Below are positions 1 to 7,457 of a stretch of 64,000 nt of DNA, one piece after another. Positions within the stretch are counted from its first letter, which is position 1. Every line of letters starts with the position of its first letter. The notes under the pieces are model-generated. The model was not told the DNA's origin. It saw only the letters and a list, made by a program, of their open reading frames with translations, and made no database searches. The DNA comes from a virus (lineage: Duplodnaviria > Caudoviricetes), in IMG/VR virus record IMGVR_UViG_3300035208_002115; one strand, written 5' to 3'. The translations under genes and the position numbers were made by a program.

Positions 1-257
1 ATATTGATAAGAATTTTTTAATGGAATTAAAAGAAAAACAAAATGGAATGTGTTATTGGTTTAATATACCGATAGATTTCACTATGAAAAATAAATTAAG
101 AAGACCAAGTATCGATAGGTTGGATAATTCAAAAGGATACACTAAAGAAAATGTAGTATTAAGTACACAATTTGCTAATCTCGGTAGACAATCGGAGTCG
201 GCAGTTAATTTTAGGATATTTTTAGAACGATATATAAAAAATAATAGTATAGAATAA
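1..257 (+). CDS. HNH/endonuclease VII-like protein, 5'-partial (probable homing endonuclease)
   Basis: Frame is open to the window edge; PSIDRLDNSKGYTKENV motif typical of phage His-Me finger nucleases. Confidence 0.6.
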   Translation, partial: IDKNFLMELKEKQNGMCYWFNIPIDFTMKNKLRRPSIDRLDNSKGYTKENVVLSTQFANLGRQSESAVNFRIFLERYIKNNSIE

Positions 258-1222
258 TGAAACAATATTTAGATTTAATGATTAAAATAAAAGACGAAGG
301 GGTTCTTAAACCTAATCGTACAGGTGTTGATACATATGCTCTATTTGGAGAGGCACTTAAATTTAATTTACAAGATGGATTTCCATTATTGACAACAAAA
401 CGTATTCATTTAAAATCAGTTATACATGAGTTGTTATGGTTTTTAGGTTGTCATATGAAAGATGAACGATATATGAATTTACCAATGACTAATATAAAAT
501 ATTTAAAGGATAATGGAGTTTCAATTTGGGACGAATGGGCTGACTCTGAAGGAAACCTTGGTAAAGTTTATGGTTATCAATGGACACATTGGGAAAAATT
601 CATTGAAGTTGAAAATGGTCTTTATAAAAAAGTCTTTATCAATCAAATTGATGAATTAATTAATAAATTAATTAATAAACCAGAAGATAGAAGGATGATG
701 GTAACGGCTTGGAATCCAGCTCAGTTAGATGAAATGAATCTCCCACCGTGTCATTATGGATTTCAATGTTATAGTTCATTATTGCCTGATAATAAAAGGC
801 GAGAGTTGTTTAAAAATTGGGTACAAGATAATAATACAGATGATACAGGTATGAGCGTTGATGATGCGATGGAACATTTTAATTTCCCCAAACGAGTATT
901 ATCATTAGCTTATAATCAAAGAAGTAATGATTATATGTTAGGTAATCCATTTAATTTTGCCTCATACGCATTTTTAACTTATATGTTGGCACATGTAACA
1001 AATCATATCGTGGGTGAGTTAACTACATTCATGGGTGATGTTCACTTATATGTTAATCATTTTGAATATATTAATGAACAATTAACAAGAATACCCAGAC
1101 CTCTACCACAATTAAAAATAAAGAGAAAAGTAGATAGTATATATGACTTTAAATATGAAGATTTTGAAATAGTTGGGTATGACCCGTATCCTAATTGGAA
1201 AAATGTACCTATTGCTGTCTAA
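257..1222 (+). CDS. thyA: Thymidylate synthase
   Basis: MKQYLDL start, RTGVDT, FPLLTTKR, ELLWF, catalytic LPPCH, QRSxD..LGxPFN, GDVHLY. Confidence 0.98.
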   Translation: MKQYLDLMIKIKDEGVLKPNRTGVDTYALFGEALKFNLQDGFPLLTTKRIHLKSVIHELLWFLGCHMKDERYMNLPMTNIKYLKDNGVSIWDEWADSEGNLGKVYGYQWTHWEKFIEVENGLYKKVFINQIDELINKLINKPEDRRMMVTAWNPAQLDEMNLPPCHYGFQCYSSLLPDNKRRELFKNWVQDNNTDDTGMSVDDAMEHFNFPKRVLSLAYNQRSNDYMLGNPFNFASYAFLTYMLAHVTNHIVGELTTFMGDVHLYVNHFEYINEQLTRIPRPLPQLKIKRKVDSIYDFKYEDFEIVGYDPYPNWKNVPIAV

Positions 1223-1223
1223 T

Positions 1224-1439
1224 ATGGAAAATAATTTAAATATAATACCTTCTGATATATTTAATCAGAATAATGCGGTATCTTTTATAGATTGTTTTCA
1301 ACAATGTACATATCTTACAACTATACCAAGTACATTATTTGACCCAAATCATACTAAAAGATTAGAAAGAAAAGCGAAACTTGATGAAATATTCGGTCAT
1401 AGTTTAAATAAAAAATTAATATATGAAACATCCAAATAA
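1224..1439 (+). CDS. Small hypothetical protein with RKAKLDEIF motif
   Basis: ATG at 1224 just after the thyA stop is more plausible than 1173; carries the shared motif. Confidence 0.7.
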   Translation: MENNLNIIPSDIFNQNNAVSFIDCFQQCTYLTTIPSTLFDPNHTKRLERKAKLDEIFGHSLNKKLIYETSK

Positions 1440-1650
1440 ATTAATACATTATTTAGTTAGTGTTGGAAAGATTGTACCAGTCGGTTCACCTAACTATGCC
1501 AGTCAACAGATTACATATCTTACTGAAGATAAAAAATGGGGTGGCAATCTCAATTTAACAAACATTGGTGAAGTTATTTATTATATGACAGATGAAGAAA
1601 TAATGTCGTTTGTTAAATCTATGAGGAAAAAGAAAACATCAACAGAATGA
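1423..1650 (+). CDS. Hypothetical protein
   Basis: Tightly packed co-oriented ORF with ATGA overlap to the next gene. Confidence 0.65.
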   Translation: MKHPNKLIHYLVSVGKIVPVGSPNYASQQITYLTEDKKWGGNLNLTNIGEVIYYMTDEEIMSFVKSMRKKKTSTE

Positions 1651-1880
1651 CATACTCAGAATATATAGTAGAGCATCTTGATAATTCAATTGCATATGCT
1701 GAATATATTACTGAACAATTAAACAAACCATCATCATTAGACCCACACTATAAAGAGAAAAAACTTAGAGAGGTAAGACAAAAAAAGATAAAGGAAATTT
1801 TGGGTGAAGATGCTGATGGTATATTGGTTGAATCTATGAAAGATTCCAATGACATAAAAAAAATTGATATATGGTTTTAA
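1647..1880 (+). CDS. Small protein with YxEYIxE repeat and RQKKIKEIL motif
   Basis: ORF track; internal repeat YSEYIVE/YAEYITE. Confidence 0.7.
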   Translation: MTYSEYIVEHLDNSIAYAEYITEQLNKPSSLDPHYKEKKLREVRQKKIKEILGEDADGILVESMKDSNDIKKIDIWF

Positions 1881-1896
1881 TTTAAAATAAAAATAT

Positions 1897-1904
1897 TAAA
1901 TTTG
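1897..1904 (+). promoter_or_regulatory. Bacteroidota-type -7 promoter element (TAAATTTG)
   Basis: Matches TAnnTTTG, intergenic, upstream of 1948. Confidence 0.45.
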
Positions 1905-1947
1905 GAGTCTAAAAATATTAATCAGTTAAAACTTAAAACTTAAAACC

Positions 1948-2517
1948 ATGTATTTTATAATTTCTTTATTGCTTTGTAGTGTGTTATTTACCGCATCCAC
2001 TATATTAAAAACTTTTACAACTTCGGATGAGTTTGCCACATTCTTTTTAATTCTGCAAATAATATTCGTTGTCGCATTTTTTGTTTTTCTTATTGTGATG
2101 GTGTTTTATAATCTTGATTGGCATAGAGCATATAAAAAAATATACAATAAAATAAATAAAATAAAAAAAGAAATTGTATTAAGTGAAGCAAAATATAAAG
2201 AATTAAGTGAGTATTATAATAAATGTATATCTGATGGATTTCCGACTTTAGAGAAAGATTTGTTTTCGAAAATTGCAGATAACCAACCAAAAGAATTAAT
2301 TGCTTTATTACAAAATTATCCTGAATTACAATCATCTAAGCTGTATTCTGATATGACAACATCTGTGTCACATTTAATTAGCAGCATTTACATTAAAAAG
2401 AATGAATTATATGAAAATCATGAAAAATTAGAAAATATTCACTGTGATGGTTGGATTTTAATCAAACCCAAAAATTATGCTGGATTGTTGACCGAAGAAT
2501 TACATGATAAAAAGTAA
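1948..2517 (+). CDS. Membrane protein (2 N-terminal TM helices + coiled coil)
   Basis: Two hydrophobic stretches followed by a helical soluble domain. Confidence 0.75.
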   Translation: MYFIISLLLCSVLFTASTILKTFTTSDEFATFFLILQIIFVVAFFVFLIVMVFYNLDWHRAYKKIYNKINKIKKEIVLSEAKYKELSEYYNKCISDGFPTLEKDLFSKIADNQPKELIALLQNYPELQSSKLYSDMTTSVSHLISSIYIKKNELYENHEKLENIHCDGWILIKPKNYAGLLTEELHDKK

Positions 2518-2693
2518 TGGCTAATAAAACTACTATAAAATTAAAAGACCTTAAAAAGGTTTTGGGTGAAATGCCCAAGGACAAGATAGAGTTAAATAAT
2601 AATTCTTGGGGCGATGTTAGGATTCATTACAAAGAAGTAGTAGAAGTTAATTCTATTATGTACCATGTTAATAACTATTTAAATAATGTTTAA
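2517..2693 (+). CDS. Small hypothetical protein (58 aa, not in ORF track)
   Basis: TAATG stop/start overlap; MANKTTIKLKDLKK...; fills the gap exactly. Confidence 0.6.
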   Translation: MANKTTIKLKDLKKVLGEMPKDKIELNNNSWGDVRIHYKEVVEVNSIMYHVNNYLNNV

Positions 2694-2695
2694 GT

Positions 2696-2962
2696 ATGGA
2701 AGATAAAGACATTTCAAAAATATTTGATTCTATGTATTTTGATACATTTATATATTCTGATTATATGGATAAGATAAAAGATTTTTCTAATTTTGAATTT
2801 TCTAATCCAGATGTCATAGAAAATTTCAATAAAGTCATGTCTAAATTGTTGATTGAACGTAAAGAATATAAAAAACAAGTTGTTTTTTCAGATGAAGAAA
2901 AATTAAGAGCTGAACGCAAACAAAAATTAGAAACAATTTTTGATAAAAAAGAATTAGTTTAA
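2696..2962 (+). CDS. Hypothetical protein with C-terminal RKQKLETIF motif
   Basis: ORF track; shared motif. Confidence 0.75.
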   Translation: MEDKDISKIFDSMYFDTFIYSDYMDKIKDFSNFEFSNPDVIENFNKVMSKLLIERKEYKKQVVFSDEEKLRAERKQKLETIFDKKELV

Positions 2963-2963
2963 A

Positions 2964-3119
2964 ATGTGTATGGCTGGTTCTACAACGTCTTGGGGTGATT
3001 CTGAAATTGATTTGAATAGTATGGAAAGAATCAAGAGAGAAGAACTTCGTAAAGAACGTAAAAATAAAATTGAAGAAATATTTGATATAAAGAAAAAAAA
3101 TCTTCTAAAAGATAAATAG
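2964..3119 (+). CDS. 51-aa protein with RKNKIEEIF motif (not in ORF track)
   Basis: Manual translation MCMAGSTTSWGDSEIDLNSMERIKREELRKERKNKIEEIFDIKKKNLLKDK. Confidence 0.7.
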   Translation: MCMAGSTTSWGDSEIDLNSMERIKREELRKERKNKIEEIFDIKKKNLLKDK

Positions 3120-3257
3120 ATGGGTTGTGCGAGTTATAGTCAAATTAATTTTAGAACCGAAGCTGAAAATGAGGCTATACGTAGAGAGAATCTTCGTAAA
3201 GAACGAAAAGCTAAAATTGAATATATTTTTGAGTTGAAAAAAGGAAAAAAATTATAA
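3120..3257 (+). CDS. 45-aa protein with RKAKIEYIF motif (not in ORF track)
   Basis: Manual translation MGCASYSQINFRTEAENEAIRRENLRKERKAKIEYIFELKKGKKL; paralog of the preceding ORF. Confidence 0.7.
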   Translation: MGCASYSQINFRTEAENEAIRRENLRKERKAKIEYIFELKKGKKL

Positions 3258-3268
3258 TTATAAAAATA

Positions 3269-3296
3269 AAAAGAGAGCTGAATTAGCTCTCTTTTT
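3269..3296. terminator. Bidirectional intrinsic terminator
   Basis: aaaagagagct-gaatt-agctctctttt between convergent genes. Confidence 0.85.
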
Positions 3297-3684
3297 ATTT
3301 TTTATTCTCTTTTTTATTCTCAAAATCATGAATCATCTCAATGATTTTATATTTTAATTCTTCTTTTCGGACGGGTTTTCTCAATACACCATCTATCTGT
3401 TTATCTTTTGATAAATCAACAATATCATAAGAGGTAACAGCTAAAATGGGTACATTCGGTGTCATATTTTTAATAGTGTTGGCTGCTTCTAACCCATTCA
3501 TAACAGGCATCATAATATCAGTTAAGATTATATCATAATGATTTCTAAAAGCTTTTGTGACAGCTTCAGAGCCATTCATAGCAATATCAACTTCAAATTT
3601 TTTATCCACTAACATAGCTTTGACCATTGTGATTACATTTAGGTCGTCTTCTACATATAATATTTTATAAATTCTTTCTTCCAT
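3295..3684 (-). CDS. Stand-alone response regulator receiver (CheY-like)
   Basis: ILYVEDD, DIILTDIMMPVMNG (phosphoacceptor Asp), AVTS, LRKP. Confidence 0.92.
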   Translation of the reverse strand: MEERIYKILYVEDDLNVITMVKAMLVDKKFEVDIAMNGSEAVTKAFRNHYDIILTDIMMPVMNGLEAANTIKNMTPNVPILAVTSYDIVDLSKDKQIDGVLRKPVRKEELKYKIIEMIHDFENKKENKK

Positions 3685-3691
3685 GACTATT

Positions 3692-4219
3692 TTAATAAAT
3701 TTTTATCAATTCTAAATCTTTAACGGCATCATAATCATCTATTTTATCAACTTTTACGTGAAAATCCACATTAGGGTTTTTCTTTTTTATATCTAAAAAT
3801 GTTTTTGAATTTAAAAATTCCTTTTCAACATCGTCTTTAGATAATTCACTTCTTGTTTTCATAGATAATATAACCCCCTTATCTGGTGCAGTTTTCCTAT
3901 TTAAATCTCGAATAATAATCCTATATAAACTTGTTGTAGGATTATATTTTTCAAATTTTTCAACCTTTTTTTTGTTTAACATATTCATAAAAGAATCCTG
4001 TAAGTCGGATATTCTTATTTCTAAATCAATATTAGGATTGTCTTTCTTAATTCTTAGAAATTCATGAGATTTTTTAAAATCTGTTTCTACTGAATATTTA
4101 TCATTTTTTCCAGTTACAGTGGTAGTTGTAATAGTATTAATTGGTTCATTTTTGTCATAAACCTCAATTCTATATAATTTATCATTCATAAGATATTCAA
4201 ATGTTTTTAAGTATTTCAT
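3692..4219 (-). CDS. Hypothetical protein with CTS-like N-terminus, internally duplicated
   Basis: MKYLKTFE; two repeats LYRI...FL.IKK.NPN.D. Confidence 0.75.
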   Translation of the reverse strand: MKYLKTFEYLMNDKLYRIEVYDKNEPINTITTTTVTGKNDKYSVETDFKKSHEFLRIKKDNPNIDLEIRISDLQDSFMNMLNKKKVEKFEKYNPTTSLYRIIIRDLNRKTAPDKGVILSMKTRSELSKDDVEKEFLNSKTFLDIKKKNPNVDFHVKVDKIDDYDAVKDLELIKIY

Positions 4220-4322
4220 AGTAGAGAACCTATTTTTTATTATATATAAAAATTATAATAATGAAATTTTATTCTAAAAAAATCGTATGTGTTAATACGA
4301 GTGAAAAAATAAAGAAATATAT

Positions 4323-4964
4323 ATGAAAGTATCGGTGATAATGGCTTCTTATTTACAATTTTATCAAGGATGTGCAAAAAATTCTGATAAAAAATTTTTA
4401 CGTGCTGTTAATTCATTTAAAAAACAAACATATACAGATTGTGAATTAATTATAATTAGTGATGGTTGCCAGATTACAAATACTTTATATGACCAACACT
4501 TCGCAAACGATAATAATATAAAACTCATAAGAGCAAATAAATATCCTACATATGGTGGGCTTCGTCAGGAAGGTTTACAAGCTGCCACAGGTGATATTAT
4601 TTGTTACTTGGATGCTGATGATGTTTTGGGAAAAACCCACATAGAAACAATTGTAAACCAATTTCCACAGGATACAGATATGGTTTATTATAATGATTAT
4701 TTGGTTATGAGTACTGATTTTAAAAAATTATTCACCAGAGATGTTGAACCAAGATGGGGTTCTATTGGTACAAGTTCTTTTGCCCATAGAAATTTTTATA
4801 CGGATAGATATAAAGATATGACCATTAAACCCACTTGGAAAGCTGGATACGGCCATGATTGGTTCTTTATGTTGAGTCTCGCTGGTAAAGGATTTCAATT
4901 CAGAAAATTGGAAAAAACACCTTCATATCTCGTATGTCACTGGGGTGGACAATCTGATTTTTAA
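4323..4964 (+). CDS. Glycosyltransferase family 2
   Basis: KVSVIMASY, ELIIISDG, GLQAATGDIICYLDADD (DxD), HDW. Confidence 0.9.
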   Translation: MKVSVIMASYLQFYQGCAKNSDKKFLRAVNSFKKQTYTDCELIIISDGCQITNTLYDQHFANDNNIKLIRANKYPTYGGLRQEGLQAATGDIICYLDADDVLGKTHIETIVNQFPQDTDMVYYNDYLVMSTDFKKLFTRDVEPRWGSIGTSSFAHRNFYTDRYKDMTIKPTWKAGYGHDWFFMLSLAGKGFQFRKLEKTPSYLVCHWGGQSDF

Positions 4965-4979
4965 AAAGTTAAAAGTTAA

Positions 4980-5534
4980 ATGGGGAAAAATATTGAAATA
5001 TGGTTGGATATACAAGATTTTGAAGGTGTATATCAAATAAGTAATTATGGTAGAGTTAAAAGTTTAGAAAGATTAATAATTCAAAAAGACGGAAAAACTA
5101 AATTAATAAAAGAAAATATATTAAAGGGTGGTATAGACAAAGATGGTTATATTATGGTTACTTTATGTCATTCTAACAAACAATATACAAAATATATCCA
5201 TAAATTAGTTGCAAAGCATTTTATAGAAAATGTTGATAATTTTATTCAAGTTAATCATAAAAACGGCAATAAAAAGGATAATATCTATACTAATTTAGAA
5301 TGGTGTGACGCTTCTTATAATATTAGACATGCATTGAGAACTGGGTTATTAATACCATTGAAAGGTGAAGAAAAATGTAATCATATAATCACTGAAAATG
5401 ATGTTATAGAAATAAGAAAAATGTGGAAACATTTAAATATTAAACAGCGTGAAATAGCTAATATTTATAATATAACACCGAAACATGTATGGAAAATAAT
5501 TCATAACCACATTTGGAAACACATAGATATTTAA
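4980..5534 (+). CDS. NUMOD4-HNH homing endonuclease
   Basis: W.DI..FEG.YQISNYGRVKS (NUMOD4); HKLVAKHF...VNHKNGNKKDN...NLEW (HNH); C-terminal HTH. Confidence 0.92.
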   Translation: MGKNIEIWLDIQDFEGVYQISNYGRVKSLERLIIQKDGKTKLIKENILKGGIDKDGYIMVTLCHSNKQYTKYIHKLVAKHFIENVDNFIQVNHKNGNKKDNIYTNLEWCDASYNIRHALRTGLLIPLKGEEKCNHIITENDVIEIRKMWKHLNIKQREIANIYNITPKHVWKIIHNHIWKHIDI

Positions 5535-5535
5535 C

Positions 5536-5877
5536 ATGCCAATAAAAAGTAAAAGTTGTAAGAATAAAGGTAAAAGGTTACAGAATGAAATAGTTAAACT
5601 TATTCTTGACTATTATCCTCAATTGACAACAGATGATGTTAAATCGAATATTGGTAGTGAAAATGGTGTTGATGTTCAGTTATCAACCGCAGCTAAAAAA
5701 TTGTTCCCCTATTCAATAGAAGCCAAAAACCAAGAAACAGCTAAAATATGGGCATGGCTGGAACAGTCCGAGAAGAATTGTCACCCGAACACCGACCCAC
5801 TTTTAATATTCCGAAGAAATAGAAGTAAAACATATGTAACACTAAATATTGAAGACTTTTTTAAATTATTGAAATAA
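5536..5877 (+). CDS. Holliday junction resolvase-like PD-(D/E)xK nuclease
   Basis: KGKRLQ, GVDV, SIEAKNQE, EQS, PLLIFRRNR. Confidence 0.8.
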   Translation: MPIKSKSCKNKGKRLQNEIVKLILDYYPQLTTDDVKSNIGSENGVDVQLSTAAKKLFPYSIEAKNQETAKIWAWLEQSEKNCHPNTDPLLIFRRNRSKTYVTLNIEDFFKLLK

Positions 5878-5902
5878 ATAATATATAAAAATAAAAACTC
5901 TT

Positions 5903-6187
5903 ATGAAATTATTGATGTGTTCAAAATGTAATGATGTTTTTAATTTGGGATATACACTTAAAACTTGTCAATGTGGAGTAACCAAAGGTAAATATTTATC
6001 TGATGATGAATCTAAAAAACATGGTATAGTTGAATATACTGATTCTGGTATCCCACTGGTCATTAAAAATAATTCTTTAGTTCATATTTTAAATGAAAAA
6101 GATGGTGACCAAGATGGTAAAAGTGTTATTTGTTTTGTGGCCTCAAATAAATCAACTTATTTCAGAAAAAATAATAGTATTGAATAA
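5903..6187 (+). CDS. Small putative zinc-binding protein
   Basis: CSKC...CQCG. Confidence 0.65.
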   Translation: MKLLMCSKCNDVFNLGYTLKTCQCGVTKGKYLSDDESKKHGIVEYTDSGIPLVIKNNSLVHILNEKDGDQDGKSVICFVASNKSTYFRKNNSIE

Positions 6188-6207
6188 AATAATTCGAATA
6201 TTATCGT

Positions 6208-6215
6208 TATTTTTG
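6208..6215 (+). promoter_or_regulatory. Bacteroidota-type -7 promoter element
   Basis: atcgtTATTTTTGta, same context as 47433-47447 atcgtTATATTTGta. Confidence 0.6.
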
Positions 6216-6220
6216 TATTT

Positions 6221-6356
6221 GTAAGGTAAGTTTAAATGTCTAAACTGTGAATAAAACTCTAAATTGTTTGATGAGATAACATCTAAAACTATCAACATAT
6301 TATATATGATAAATAGATTTATGAGAGACATACTCGGACATTTAAATCTTACCTTC
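6221..6356 (+). ncRNA. Putative structured RNA (sRNA or 5' leader)
   Basis: 6223-6240 pairs with 6337-6355 (18 bp, one bulge); inner stems; starts just downstream of TAnnTTTG. Confidence 0.55.
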
Positions 6357-6375
6357 TTTATTAAAAATATTTATT

Positions 6376-6891
6376 ATGATACCTATTAGGAGTGGTTTAG
6401 ATTTTTATAGTAATGCTATTAATAATAAAGCATTCTTAGTGCCTGTTAATCTTCCAAGTAAAGTCGTAGTATATTATTCCATATTATTAACATATTGTCC
6501 GTTGAGCGAAAAAAAGAAAACTCAATATACTAAGTTAGACCCTAATAAAAAAGCTGGTTTTTTATTTAAACACCTGTTAAAATGTGCTTATCATGTAAAT
6601 GTACCGAAACCTTTAATTGAAGATTTAATTTCAACAAAAAATAAATATGATTCAATTCAAAAATCCTATAAAAACGAAAACCTTGATAATAATACTTTAT
6701 TAATTGAAAAAATAAAAAAAAGTTCATTAAATGATATGATAGATGATGTTGAAACAATGTTAGAAAAAAGTAATTTAGTGAAATCATTTGAAGAAAAAAT
6801 AGGAGTGATGACCGATTCTATTTATTATAATACATCTCGTGAAAATAAAAGAAAAAAGAAATTAGAAGAAATTTTCGATATAAATAAATAA
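6376..6891 (+). CDS. Hypothetical protein, paralog A, C-terminal RKKKLEEIF
   Basis: Shares Y.PL.E.K...K.GF...CA...P...I.D..S with 6901..7344. Confidence 0.8.
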   Translation: MIPIRSGLDFYSNAINNKAFLVPVNLPSKVVVYYSILLTYCPLSEKKKTQYTKLDPNKKAGFLFKHLLKCAYHVNVPKPLIEDLISTKNKYDSIQKSYKNENLDNNTLLIEKIKKSSLNDMIDDVETMLEKSNLVKSFEEKIGVMTDSIYYNTSRENKRKKKLEEIFDINK

Positions 6892-6900
6892 TAGTTAAAA

Positions 6901-7344
6901 ATGAATGATTTTAAGATAGATATTATTAAGGATAACTATACTAAACCAGAAAAAAATATAGCTATTCATAATAACGCTAATTTATTTATAAAATGTTTTT
7001 CTAATGGTTCTCGTAAACTTATCGGTGAATTGATTGGTTATTATCCATTAACAGAAAGAAAATTAAAAATATTTCAAAATTTTACCTTATCTGAAAAAAG
7101 GGGATTCATTTCAAGATATATTATGGGGTGTGCAAATAAAGCTGGTATCCCAGATATTTACATAAAAGATTTTTTATCTTTGAAATATCGCCTACGAGTG
7201 GAAAAATATAAAATGTCTGAAAATAGAACATTATTAAAAACAAGAGTATTTAAAGAAGAATTGAAATTATTAAATGCTACATTACAACTAACAAGAAAAA
7301 CATCTATCCGAAAACGGAAATTAGATGAGATATTTTTCAAATAA
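6901..7344 (+). CDS. Hypothetical protein, paralog B, C-terminal RKRKLDEIF
   Basis: Shares the same conserved block with 6376..6891. Confidence 0.8.
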   Translation: MNDFKIDIIKDNYTKPEKNIAIHNNANLFIKCFSNGSRKLIGELIGYYPLTERKLKIFQNFTLSEKRGFISRYIMGCANKAGIPDIYIKDFLSLKYRLRVEKYKMSENRTLLKTRVFKEELKLLNATLQLTRKTSIRKRKLDEIFFK

Positions 7345-7367
7345 GTAAAAATTCATTTTAATATATA

Positions 7368-7402
7368 AAGGGTGTATTCAGTTTATCTGGATACACCTTT
7401 TT
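7368..7402 (+). terminator. Intrinsic terminator
   Basis: ggtgtattcag-tttat-ctggatacacc followed by a T tract. Confidence 0.85.
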
Positions 7403-7457
7403 GTTTTCTTATGGATTCTAAAAATTTTATATATAACTAAAAATTTAATTAATATTT

